From assembly GCF_018977255.1 (NCBI RefSeq), contig NW_024704743.1:101806001-101870000 (forward strand): DNA of 64,000 nt. The letters run 5' to 3'. Shown piece after piece: positions 1-11,367 of the stretch. Both the position numbers and the translations under genes were made by a program. Source of the DNA: Callorhinchus milii. Lineage: Eukaryota. Positions within the stretch are counted from its first letter, which is position 1. Each line of letters starts with the position of its first letter. The notes under the pieces are model-generated. The model did no database searches and was not told where the DNA came from. It was given only the letters and a program-made list of their open reading frames with translations.

Positions 1-576
1 GTTGAAAAGTCATGTCTGCTTTGTGCCCCAGTAAAACATATATGACCTTTAATGGCATTTGTTAAACAAAGAGAAGATGGTATATTTTGATATACTTATG
101 GGTTCAGTGTGGAATGATATTTCATTACAAAGGCTCCAAGTTATCCAATGGAACTTGCTAATATCTTGAGTATTTCTCCTCTATGTAGTTCCATAAGCCC
201 AATTCAAAGCCTGTAATTTGTTAGGAACAAGGACTATATGGTGGAAGTATATCAAACTAGCTTCAAAACAAGCAACTTCTTTACGATTATGCTGCATGGA
301 ATTTACTTTAAATATTGTCTGCTGGGATATTTTTCTGTTAAAGCTGTAAGATCACAATACTGGTTCCACTGATGCAAACACTTAGCTTCTCGGCAGGTTT
401 ATGTGGGACTGTGAGGTATCGTTGAATAAGTCATAAGCAGACTTATAAAAAAATATTATATCACATAAAGGGCCAATCATCTGAATGACCTGTCTCCTAT
501 TTGAACTTTGAAACCTGTTTCTATATGTTGTTAAATGCTTAAAACTAGCATCAAACTCCATGGTTGTACACTTCAA

Positions 577-1272
577 CTTACCGAGCCAATCAGGAACCTA
601 GGTGTCTTGTTCGACCCTCAACTGTCTTTTCTTCCCCACATCCAAGCCATGACTCACTCTGCCTTCCCTCTCCTCCGTAACATTGCCTGACTCCGTCACT
701 ACCTCACCCCTCAGGCTGCTGAAACTCTTGTTCATGCCTTCATCACCTCCAGGCTCGACTATGCAAACGCCCTGCTTATTGGCCTTCCTAACTCCTCCCC
801 CACAGGCTGCAGATAATCCACCCGCACCAAACTCCGTGACCCCATCTCCCCCATTGTCGCCTGACTCCATTGGCTCCCTATCCTTCAGAGGATCTAGTTC
901 AAGATCCTGGTCCTCACCAACAAAGCCCTCCATGGCCTCGCTCCATCCTACCTCTGCGACCTATCAACCCGCCTGCTCTCTCTGCTCAGCCGGCTCCGGC
1001 CTGCTCCATGTCCCCCGACCCACCCACCCTATTATTGGCGGAAGAGCCTTCAGCCACTCTGCCCCCAACCTCTGAAATTCAATCCCCGAATCACTCTGCC
1101 TCACCCCCTCCTTAGCCTCCTTCAAGTCCTGCCTCAATATCCCCTCTTCAACCATACCATCAGCCACCCCGCTTTCCCTCCCCTCCCTTCTCCCCCCCGA
1201 CCCCAGCTTGGGTCTGAAATGCTGTATACTGTCCTCCCGACGTGAAAGGCGCTATACAAATGTAATCTTGTT
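577..1272 (+). mobile_element. L2-clade LINE, 5'-truncated 3' fragment (degenerate ORF2 C-terminus and tail)
   Basis: Frameshifted motifs RNLGVLFDPQL, ETLVHAFITSRLDYANALL and FKILVLT; C-rich 3' UTR; tail gtcctcccgacgtgaaaggcgctatacaaatgtaatcttgtt. Confidence 0.9.
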
Positions 1273-1275
1273 TTA

Positions 1276-1618
1276 ATAAAAATAATAAGTCTTGCATTCG
1301 ATATAGCACCTTATCAAGTCTTTGAGACATCAAACGATACACAGAATATACTGAATTAACTGCATATTTTGTGGGCAAAATGCGGCAGCCAATTGGGCAC
1401 AGCAATGTGAATTAAGTGACCAAATTTTTTTAAAAGGGAATATTATCCCTGAAAAAGCGATTCACCAATCAACTAACAACCCTGTTCCTACTTATTGCGA
1501 GGTAAGCAGAGGCGTATGGAGTAAGGTAACTTGCCCAACGTTTTGCCCTGCCTGGGAATTGAACCCAGGTCCTTTCACTTGCAAGGTGAATGCTCTAACC
1601 ACAAAGCACCAGGACTCC
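1276..1618 (-). mobile_element. tRNA-Ala-headed Deu-domain SINE, long subfamily
   Basis: Reverse complement of the SINE at 5899: tRNA head, caattggctgccgc core, L2-like tail. Confidence 0.88.
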
Positions 1619-2185
1619 AAGTATATGCATATACTTATCACACACATATCAATGCAATCAAACAGAATTCAAATGTTACATTTTTAACATTATTAAAGAG
1701 CCAACTGTGCACAAGTTGGCTGCCACATTACCTACAAAATACACAGTCAATACACTTTACAGTAAAGCCCGTGAAGCACTTTGCAACTTCATCCTGATAT
1801 GAAAAGCTCTATATTAAATACAAGGATTATAAACTGACTTTATTATATCTATCACTAATGGTTTACTAAATGGGAAAAAACTGCCTGAAACAGATGATAT
1901 TTAAAAGTGCACTCAGACCATTATACAATCCTATTCTCTTTTCAAAGCATGTTTTCATTGCCCAACAACACTATTTACATTTAGAGAAGTGCAATCATTT
2001 TTGTTGGCATTTGTGGCAGCTTCTGACGTTAGAGGTGCTGGGAATAGACCTTTCTTACCACTTGTCAAATGCAAAATCTTACTGGAATAAATACCTCTCA
2101 GAGTACAACAGTGGTGCTCTCTGGTGACATTCTTATAGAACTGCATTAATCAGCATCAAGTATTGTATCTGTTAAGAGATATCGA

Positions 2186-2494
2186 TCTAGGCTGAGACTC
2201 AAGTGTAGTGTTGAGCGAGCATTGCATTGTTCGAGGTGCCGTCCTTTAGATTAGATGGTAAACTGTCTGCCTGTTCGGATGGATGTTTAAAGATCCTACA
2301 GGGGTATTTAAAGGGAGAGGGCATTTCTCCTGGTGTCCTGGCCAAGTATCCAACAGATAAAATTGATCATTCACTTCATGGCTGTTTGTAGGATAATGCT
2401 GTGCGCAAACAGGCTGCTGCATTCGCTTACAACAAACTCTTTGACACGTTTTAATGACATGATAAGGCACTATATCAAATGCAAAGATTATTAT
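2186..2494 (+). mobile_element. Older SacSINE1-like Deu SINE, 5'-truncated
   Basis: tctaggctga...gtgccgtcctt...tgcctgttc...cctggcca...gctgtttg...gctgtgcgcaaa core and tail. Confidence 0.8.
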
Positions 2495-2666
2495 ATTTGG
2501 CTTTTTTCATACACTGAATTTTAATACCATTAAAGTTGTGAATTTATAAGTTGAGCAGTTAATCAAAAGCTTCCTTTTGATTTTTGATGCTTTATAACAT
2601 CCAACATTCTGTAAAGTCTTGTGACTTTATTTCCAGGCAAATGCCGCAGACAATTAACAGACAAAT

Positions 2667-2930
2667 ATCCATGAAATGAATCACCAATTTTAACTGGGAG
2701 ATTGTTGGCCAGGATACCGGGGGAAACTCCCTTCTCTTTTTGAATGGAATATTTAACGTCCACCTGAACAGGTAGATGGGACCTTGGTTTAATGTTTCAT
2801 CAGAAGGTTGGAAATACAGAACACCCCCATCACCGCAATGAAGTGTCAGCCTAGATTAGGAACTCAAATTCCCAAAGTGGGGCTTGATCTCACAACTGTC
2901 TGACCCAGAAGTGCTAACCTAAGCCAGGCT
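2667..2930 (-). mobile_element. Older SacSINE1-like Deu SINE, 5' half
   Basis: gattgttggccaggata...cacctgaacagg...gtcagcctagatt...aagccaggct is the reverse complement of the family 5' part. Confidence 0.78.
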
Positions 2931-3591
2931 TTTGTTTTCAAAGCACAGCTATAATATATGAAGCAAACATACATGATAAGGGGTTATTGTCTAATACATA
3001 ATAAAAAGCTTTAGCTCTTTACAAAGCTAATTGTGCAAATTATGTACTTAACCCTAGGATTGTCTTTCTCTTGCTGCCTCACAATAGCAAATGAGGACTG
3101 CTCCTCAAATTGGGCTATAAATCTGCTTTGTTCATTGAGGAGCATTATTTATGGAGATTGCCAAGCCTATATTTGATTCCTAAATACATTTTCTCCAGTG
3201 GTTATGGAGTCCCCTGGAATAGGGAAGTGAAAAATCAGCAAGCTGCTGATCATCCTTCCCGGTTGGAAATGATCATAGGGTGGAGATTGACGAGGACAGG
3301 AATCAGCTCAACCGTATTTTTCCTAAGAATTGAATGTCCTGCTAACAGTCAGTACCTGAGCTGACACTAGCCACGTGGCATGTTGCTGAGGTACCAGTGG
3401 ATGCTCAGTGCCTATGGTAGCCCATCACTGTTCTTTTTAGGAGGCCATTGAATTGCTGTGAAGGTGATTATGTGGCTGCTCACAGATAGATCGATAGGCC
3501 TGAATTGCTTTCTTACTTCAAATGAACTTTAAATCCTCATGAGCTTCAAAATCCCTCAGGAGTTTTCTTCTCCTTCCCCACCCCAACTCAA

Positions 3592-3879
3592 AGACATCTC
3601 AAAGCACTTCTCAGAATATACTGTAAAGTGAATTGACTATATTTTTGTGGGTACAGCAGTACAGCAATTGCGTACAGCAGTGTCCCATAAACAGTCGTGG
3701 ATTGAGTGACCAATTTACTATTATTTTGAATGAATTATTACCCCCGGAAAAGCGATCCGCCAATCGACTAACAACCGGGTTCCTACTTAATGCTAGGTAA
3801 ACAGATTTTTGTGGAGTAAGGAAACTTGCCCAATATTTCGCTCTGCTGGGAATCGACCCCAGATCTCTCGCTTGCAAGT
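3592..3879 (-). mobile_element. tRNA-Ala-headed SINE, long subfamily, first ~25 nt of head missing
   Basis: Matches other copies from tail to anticodon arm (ctctcgcttgcaag). Confidence 0.88.
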
Positions 3880-3886
3880 ACTACAC

Positions 3887-4900
3887 ATCACATCACAATT
3901 ATCACCTCTGATAACTATCACATCATTGGGGCTGTGGTAAACAGTGAGGAGGATGGTAACAGACTGCAGGAAGACGTAGTCAGTGGTAAAATGGGCAGAC
4001 ACATGGCAGATGAAACTTAATGTAGAGAAGTGTGAGGTGATGCATTTTGGGAGGAAGAATGAGGAGATGCAATATACAACAAATAGTACAGTTTTAAAGG
4101 GGGTACAGGAGCAGATAGACCTGGGGGTTCACATACACAGATCTTTGAAGGTGGCGGGACTGCTTGATATAGCCGTTAAAAAAGAGTATGGGATTCTTAT
4201 AAATAGAGTCATAGAATACAAAAATGATGAAGTTCTGCTAAACCTTTATAAGTCACTGGTTAGGCCTCAGCTGGAGTATTGGGTCCAATTCTGGGCACCA
4301 CACTAGGAAGGATATCAGGGCCTTGGAGAGGTTGCAGAGGAGATTTACCAGAATGGTACCAGGGATGAGGGACTTTAGTTTGTGGAGAGGCACTGGGATT
4401 GTCCTCCTTAGATCAGAGAAGGTTAAGGGGAGATTCAATAGAAGTGTTCAAACTGATGAGGGGTTTTGATAAGGGTAGATAGGGACAAACTGTTTGCACT
4501 GTTCGGTGAGTCAGTAACCAGGATACATAGATTTAAGATAATTGGCAAAAGAACCAGATGGGAGACAAGGAGACATTTTTGTTACACACAGAGTTGTTAC
4601 AGTCTGGAATGCACTGCCTAAAAAACTGGTGGAAACAGATTTAATAACAGCTTTCAAAAGGGAAATAGGTACCTAAAAAGGAAAAATTTGCAAGGGTATG
4701 GGGAAAAAGTGCGGGAGTGGGACTGATTTGGGTAGCTCTTCCAAAGAGCTGGCACAGCACGATGGGCTGAATGGCCTCCTTCTGTACTGTAATATTCTAT
4801 GATTCTATGATCATGATTACCCCTCGTGTTAAGTATCACATCACAATTATCACCAGTGATAACTATCACATCACGATTATCACAAGTTATAACCATCACA
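3887..4900. repeat. 30-bp minisatellite (atcacatcacaattatcaccNNtgataact), about 4 units, split by the CR1 insertion
   Basis: One unit at ~3887-3926 and three diverged units at ~4810-4900. Confidence 0.8.
3927..4809 (+). mobile_element. CR1-clade LINE, 5'-truncated 3' fragment
   Basis: KWADTWQMKLNVEKCEVMHFGRKN...LYKSLVRPQLEY..QFWAPH; tail gatgggctgaatggcctccttct...(attctatg)2; ATCAT target-site duplication at 3922-3926 and 4810-4814. Confidence 0.93.
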
Positions 4901-5110
4901 TTTATTGTCTTTTTTTGCTTAGTATTTAATGACTAGTTGGAGGTAAGCATCCCTTCAACATCTGGAGAATGGTTTCTACCACCAGACCATTTAGAACTGG
5001 ATTGCTGCCAGTTAAAATATATAGATGTGAAGGAATGATTTTTTTTTAATCCTAGTCTTGAAAGGTTTTTATTTTAACTTACATTTTTTTAGTTACATAT
5101 TTATTTTCAG

Positions 5111-5166
5111 GTTACTACCATGCTGAGAAGAAGCTTAACATGCACTGTCTGTCTTGCTGTCCTTAA
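5111..5166 (+). CDS. Candidate last coding exon of an unidentified gene whose upstream exons lie outside the window: (x)YYHAEKKLNMHCLSCCP*
   Basis: T-rich tract and ttattttcag acceptor in non-repeat DNA, phase-1 open frame to taa, aataaa at ~5792. Short, with no homology check. Confidence 0.45.
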
Positions 5167-5898
5167 TTCACAATGTTTCTTATTTTGAGGCCTATTTTTT
5201 TAAACAGATAAGATTCTACATTGGAGCTTTCATACTTCTAGCAATAATCCACTGATTCCTGAGAGATGAATGTTACAAATGCAATATCTGAAACAGGACA
5301 ATATCAAAGTCAAAATCGGAAATAATAATTAAAAAGACTATCGTTAGAAATACAGCTAACTAGCAAAACACAGCAGTGTTGCTGGGACCTCAAATCATGT
5401 TGTGTAGTTTCATCCAATTATCACTAGGGGACAGTGTTTCTCCATGATAGAAAAGAAGAAAATGTTATGTTAAAACAATATGAAAGATAACAAGTAATGA
5501 AAATGTATCAAGGGAAAATGCAGCATATAATAATAGCACTCATGATAATTATCACATTGACCAAAAATGCAGTCAAAAACAGTGAATCACAGAGAATAAT
5601 TTGAACCCCCCTCTCTTATGTAATCCCTTCCCTGCTCCCCACATGCCAATGGTAAATATGATCTGATTTTGATCCCACTTGTAGTCAGTGATAATTACCA
5701 TCAGTGTCAATATCACAGCTGTATTCGCACCCTCTCCCGTAATGTTTATTATCATCAAATAACAATGCCACTGTGAATGGTTCACTTACAAAATAAACAA
5801 ACAGGACACCGGGTTTACAGAATATCTTTACATTTCACACTTTACAATTTCACAATGGGAGGATATTTTAAAATATTTCACAGGATTCACTGTAAAAT

Positions 5899-6214
5899 GG
5901 AGTCCTGTAGCTCAGTGGTTAGAGCACTCGCTTTGCAAGCGAGAGACCTGAGTTCAATTCCAGGCAGGGTGAAACCTTGGGCAAGTTTCCTTACTCCACA
6001 CGCCTAATAATAATCCCTCCAAAACCCAAAACAATAATAAAAATTGGTTATTTTCAATCTACGACTGTTTGTGGGACACTGCTGTGCGCAATTGGTTGCC
6101 GCATTCGTCCAAAAATATACAGTCAATTCACTTTACAGTGTGTTTTGTGAAGCGCGTTGGGACGTCCTCCCGATGTGAAAAGCGTTATATCAAATGCAAG
6201 GATTATTATTATTA
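5899..6214 (+). mobile_element. Young full-length tRNA-Ala(TGC)-headed SINE, short subfamily
   Basis: A box tagctcagtgg, anticodon arm ctcgc-tttgcaa-gcgag, B box gagttcaattc, Deu core, L2-like tail, (att)n end. Confidence 0.93.
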
Positions 6215-7083
6215 TAAAATGTAGAGACTGTGTATTTGTGTCACTGAACTTTGCTTTGCCCTTTGCTTCAATAATATTTTGCTCGACTTCCATCCCAATT
6301 CCAAACATGCCCTATTTTTGCATTTACAATGTCCCAGACTAAAGTAAAGACAGCCTGATTCTGTGCTGCCAAATTAGCGAGGGTGTCACCATACATATCC
6401 CGTGACATCAATGGCTATAATCAGGGGCTGTGAATAATAATGAAATGAACCGAATATAGAAATGTGATTGCGCTTTAGGATGGAGACAGATAACCGAGAA
6501 GGCGTTTTGTTCTGACCTCATTTAGGTTTGATAGAGGGCGGGAAAAACACACATTCATTTAACAATCTGAATGGATTGTTCTTCATCTTTTGCGGCTTAC
6601 TATACCACAGCCATAAAAACACCATTAGAACAGAGTTTTATGATGATAATTAAAAAACAATTAATATCATATTTATGGTATTTTATGAAGTTAATTATGA
6701 AGATAATTTTTTTATTTCTGTCCTTCCTACAGTAAGGAGTCTTTCCCTAGAAACTCTAAAGTCTGATATTTCCCAAATCAGCACAGAACTTAGCAAACTA
6801 AATATAACAGTACCAAGAATATTTCACACAACTCAACCAAACCTGTGTCTACTGAGCTTAAAATGCTATCTATAAAATGTGCATATTCTTTATCTATCTT
6901 GTGGATTTTTTTCGATTACAATGCAACATATATGAGGAACACGCTAAAATTAATGCCTCCTATTTATTTTGTGAAGATTGGTAAGTGGTATAGCAATGAA
7001 AAATATATAAAAGATACTTTTATATACAAGATTCTGACTAGATGGAGACACTTGTCAACATTTCAAAATGGTATCCAGCATTG

Positions 7084-7455
7084 ATAATAATAATCCTTGC
7101 ATTTGATATGGCGCTGTTCACGTCTTTTAGACCTCTCAAAGCGCTTCACAGAATATACTGTAAAGTGAATTGACTGTATATTTGTCGGCGAAATGCGGCA
7201 GTCAATTGCGTACAGCAGTGTCCCACAAACAGTCGTGGATTGAACGACCAAATTATTGTTGTTTTTTTTGTTTGAGGGATTATTATCCCTGTAAAAGCGA
7301 TCCCCCAATTGACTAATTGGGGGATCGTTCCTACTTACCTCTAGACAGAGGCATGTGGAGTAAGAAAGCTTGCCTGACATTTCGCCCTGCCGGGAATCGA
7401 ACCCAGGTCTCTCGCTTGCGAGGTGAGTGCTCTAACCACTGAGCTACAGGGCTCC
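7084..7455 (-). mobile_element. Full-length tRNA-headed SINE, long subfamily
   Basis: Complete reverse-complement copy with B box ggttcgattcc. Confidence 0.92.
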
Positions 7456-7465
7456 ACACGTGTTA

Positions 7466-7643
7466 AGCAGAGAGCAGTCAATTAAATTTCTCACAGCTGG
7501 GGGGATTTTACTGATTGAGATTCACCATTACATGATGAAAGTATTCAGACTTTTATGTATTGATATGAGTATAAGATATTGGGCAAATCGTGCAAAATGT
7601 GGAGAAACTCAACTTCAAGAAAAATGTTGCAGCAGGTGGCCGC
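7466..7643 (+). mobile_element. Mariner-type transposase N-terminal HTH remnant
   Basis: [54 protein letters not shown] follows the mariner pattern IxFLxxEGxxxxEIHxRxxxVYGxxCxxxSxVRxWxxRFKxGxxxLxDxxRSGRP. Confidence 0.75.
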
Positions 7644-7704
7644 TTTATTGCTTCCACCATTTTATTGTGAATGCTTCTAGCATTTATGTATACATTCCTA
7701 ATTT

Positions 7705-7893
7705 TACTATAATAATAAATTGGTCACTCAATTTAGATCTGTTTGTGGGATACTGCTGTGTGAAATTGACTGCCGCGTTTCGCCCACAAAATACACAGTC
7801 AATTCACTTTACAGTATATTCTGTGAGGCACTTTGAAATGTCTCAAAGACGAGCTAAGGTGCTCTATTAAATGCTAGGATTATTATTATTATT
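7705..7893 (+). mobile_element. SINE 3' half
   Basis: aaattggtcactcaa...Deu core...ggattattattatt. Confidence 0.85.
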
Positions 7894-8476
7894 TAGCGCC
7901 TTAGCTTTGTTGTCTGGTTGCCTGGTCCTGTTATCTAGAGCTTTCTGAGATCGTGTTTCTCTTGATTTAGATATGTCACCTCTTTTTTGGTCTATTTATT
8001 CTTTTTGCTTTTTATTATTAACTTCAGCCCTTCCTATCTCCTTCTGATGAAAAATTGACTTGAGCACCTTCTTATCTACTATAGCATCATTGCTGTCAAA
8101 GCAACATGTGGCTGCTTGCTTGTTGGCATTGTGTCAAACCCGAGGACCTGTCATTGCTTATCATATTGGGTTGTTGGCAATTTCTGGCAAAGTCATAATT
8201 CCACCTGTATAATGATTGTATTATGAATTGCATTGCCCCGCACTGTGGGCTGAATGCTGATTCTTGTTGTGAAGTGTGATACCCCACTGGGAACCACTTC
8301 TGTGGACTACTATAAGGGTTTGACATATATAATAGTGTCTATTCTGATGTTAATATTCTTCCGCGACCTGCCTCGAGACCCCCACAAACACCTGATCGCC
8401 CGCTGTGTCAAACGCAAGGATTATTATTATTAATATTATTATTAAGTGCTAATATTGAGGTGAAAGAGCCCAAAAA

Positions 8477-8547
8477 GTGTGTGTGTGTGTGTGTCCAGCG
8501 TCTTGGGATGTCCTCCTGACATGAAAGGCGCTATACAAATGTAATCT

Positions 8548-8570
<23 letters not shown>
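8477..8570 (+). repeat. (GT)n microsatellite followed by an isolated L2 3' end with (TTG)n tail
   Basis: gtgtgt... then cagcgtcttgggatgtcctcctgacatgaaaggcgctatacaaatgtaatc(ttg)n. Confidence 0.85.
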
Positions 8571-8578
<8 letters not shown>

Positions 8579-9034
8579 CTCTCTGCCTGTGCTGTAACAG
8601 CTGTTACAAATCCTGTCTAATTCATACCTACAAATACCTGATTCTTTTTGCTATTTAAGGAATAGTAACTGCTTCTACATTGAATTGCTTTCACAATCAA
8701 TAAGAAAGACTTCAGTGGATGTGACTTGCGCATTGTTACGTTTGAGGTGGGATATTGAGAATGAAGCTGAGCTATCATTGGCAGTTTAGTGTTTTCTATG
8801 TAGGTCAGGAGAAAAATAGCTGTCATGCTTTCGCTTTGTGTATTGAAGCCATCAGTGTGATATGGTATCAGGAGCATCTAATCCAAGCAAGTGGAAGAAC
8901 AATTTGTAAGTATTTATGTGCAGTACAAGTTCTAAAGGTGACGAGTAGATAATTTCCAATGGTGTAATTTCAGAGATATGCAAGTTTGCTGGTGCAGAAG
9001 AATGGTGTGAGTGAAAATCTGAGGGTTTAGTCGG

Positions 9035-9245
9035 TTCATAGATTCATATAATTTACAGCACAAAAGAAGACCATTTGGCTTATCGTGTCCATGTCAGGTT
9101 CCTGAAAGTACTATCCATTTAGTCCGAATTCTCTGCCTTTCCCTGATATCCCTTAATATTTATCTTTTCAAATATATGTCCAATTCCTTTTAAAAGTTAC
9201 GATGGATTCAGATTCAACCATGTCTTTTGGCAGACCATCTCATGT
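9035..9245 (-). mobile_element. Old CR1 3' end
   Basis: tcatagattcata...acagcacaaaagaagaccatttggc resembles the reverse complement of the CR1 tail at 4600-4809. Confidence 0.75.
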
Positions 9246-9569
9246 CTGCTAGAAAAATGACTGGCCACCACTTAATAAGATTCAAGTTATTTACTGTATG
9301 GGGGATAAAGTGGAAAACATACTTCACAAACTGCCAATAGGTATAGCAGACCAAGTAAAATGTGACCTGGTGAAAGCAAAATTTATGTCTCCTTTATGGT
9401 AATCAAAATATGTAATTTACAAAGGGACAACTTTTAACAAGATCAGCACAATCCTGCAGGCTGCTTTTTACTGGGCTATGTAAGTGGGAAGGTAACTACA
9501 ATTATAATATTCCTTGTGCTATTATCACAAGGAACATAGGAAACTATTATTATCACATCATTATTATCA

Positions 9570-10083
9570 TGCCTTATTATGTTAATATACTCTATAGAGA
9601 GTTCTGTAAAGTGTAGTGACTGTGCAAATTGGCTGCTGTGTTGACCTAAAGTGTAGTGACACAGTCCATTACTCTGTCACTGCACTTTAGATCAACACAG
9701 CAGCCAATTTGACACAGTCACTACACTTTACAAAAAACTTTGTGGAGCATACTTACACACAGCAATGTCCCACATTCAACCATTAAGTGAAAGACCTCTT
9801 ATTTTCAAAAGAATAATAGGGATTGTTGGCCAGGACGACTTGAGGATATTCCTTCTCTTTTTGAATAGTGGCATGGGATCATTAATATCCACTTGTACAG
9901 GCAGACAAGGCCTCAGTTTAACGTTTCATTTAAAGAATGCTATCTCTAGCAATGTAGGCATCTCCCATCACTGCAATGGAGAGTAAGCCGAGAGTGTAAG
10001 TTCAAAGCTCCAACTTGGAAATAGAGCCCACAACCTTCTGCCTCACAGACGAGAATGCTACCCACTGAGCTAGACTAACACCT
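9570..10083 (-). mobile_element. Older SacSINE1-like SINE with an internal inverted duplication
   Basis: Head (cccacaaccttctgcctcacag...ccactgagctagactaacac) to tail; hairpin at 9605-9732. Confidence 0.8.
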
Positions 10084-10892
10084 GTGATGCTCCATCCTGA
10101 AATCATCCAATAGAAAAATATGGTGGATTTCAGAGTTCGCCACATGCTGCCGGAGACACAACTCAATAATCTTGATACTTGAAATGGTGGTGGTTTAGTC
10201 CTTGAGTTAACAATTTCAAGCGGTGAAGAGACAACAGTTTTTTTTAGGAGAGATACAAACAGTGAAAACTTATCGAAGGAAGTCGAAGAATTCTTCTATG
10301 AGGAAGGTCTTCAGTTCAATTCCCAATGGCTAGAAGGTTGTGCTGTACACTTCTAACCGTACCCTGTTTGCTTATGTCTGAACTCAGGTGAAACTAAGGC
10401 AAAGAAAGAGTGCAAATAACCACAGAAATTGAACTTTGGCAACTTTTAAAGGGCACAGCAGGTGAAGAAGCTGCAAACAAGAGACAAAGTTTTGCTAGAG
10501 TCCTGTGATCCCATTCCTCATTCTTATTTAGATGGTGTTTCTTGTACACATTACAATGCAATATGCATCATTTTATTTTCATTTAGCAGATAACACCAGG
10601 GTGTAGATGAGATCACAACAAAGAAAAACTCCAAACCGCAGCAGTACGAAGAAGTGAGACTGCAACAAGGGGCAAAGACTCAAGCTCAGAAGGGGGAGGG
10701 CATACAGACAATTTAGTTCAATTATTTTGCCTAGAGAGTAAATATGTGGATTAGACTACCTAGGAATAAAGTTGAGGCAGATTCCATCATCAAATTCAAG
10801 ACAAAATGAGATAGTTATTTGCTGAATAGCAAGCGACTGAATGATATGGGGGACAAAACAGTGCATGATTATTTATTTTTACTTTGGGTCCT

Positions 10893-11367
10893 ACAACAAC
10901 AACAACTTGCCCTTACATAGCGCCCTCCATGCAGGGTAGCATCTCAGAGTGCTTAACAGTGGCTGAGCCTGACTTCAAGCTGGGGTGGGGGTGGAGGTGG
11001 CCAAAAGCACGGTTGAAGAGGGAGGTTTTCAGGCAGGACTTGAAGTAGGGGAGAGAGGGGGCAAGGCAGAGAGATTGAGAGTTTCGGGGCATAGTGGCTG
11101 AAAGCGCGACCTCTGGTGGGGGGACAGAGGGTGTGAGGGATGAGCAGGAGGCCGGTGTCAGCTGAGCAGAGATGGATTGGGGAGTGAGGAGGTCGGAGAA
11201 GTAGGGAGGTGCCAAAGAATTAAGGGATTTGAACATGAAAGTGAGGATCTTGAAATCGATTCGTTCGGTGATGGGGAGCCAGGGGAGCCTGGCCAGAACT
11301 AGTGAGATGTGGGTACGGAGTTTGGTCTGGGTAAGTATTCGGGCGGAAGTGTTCTGAATGAGCTGGA
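10893..11367 (-). mobile_element. L2 LINE 3' fragment
   Basis: (caa)n tail; minus-strand FKSLNSLAPPYFSDLL and FKSCLKTSLF. Confidence 0.88.

Noticed and set aside
598..1167. Pro/Ser-rich and Gly/Glu-rich ORFs (also at 25132-26067 and 30492-31221)
   Set aside because: Alternative and antisense frames of C-rich L2 sequence.
3887..4900. CRISPR-like or phage-operator-like array (30-bp palindromic repeats)
   Set aside because: Units are contiguous without unique spacers, no cas genes are present, and the context is vertebrate; it is a minisatellite.
4923..4942. 20-nt micro-exon (ttttgcttag...gag|gtaagc) upstream of the candidate last exon
   Set aside because: The frame needed to join 5111 contains a TAA stop.
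5899..5970. tRNA-Ala(TGC) gene (also at ~41970, ~53230, ~61960)
   Set aside because: Acceptor stem does not close, there is no Pol III T-run terminator, and it continues into the SINE body and tail; it is a SINE head.
6426..6612. Possible terminal inverted repeats ggctgtg...cacagcc
   Set aside because: Only 7 bp perfect and no clear TSD; cannot be separated from chance.
10220..10345. Possible mariner C-terminal remnant (EEFFYEEGLQ...W..C)
   Set aside because: Similarity too weak and no catalytic motif visible.
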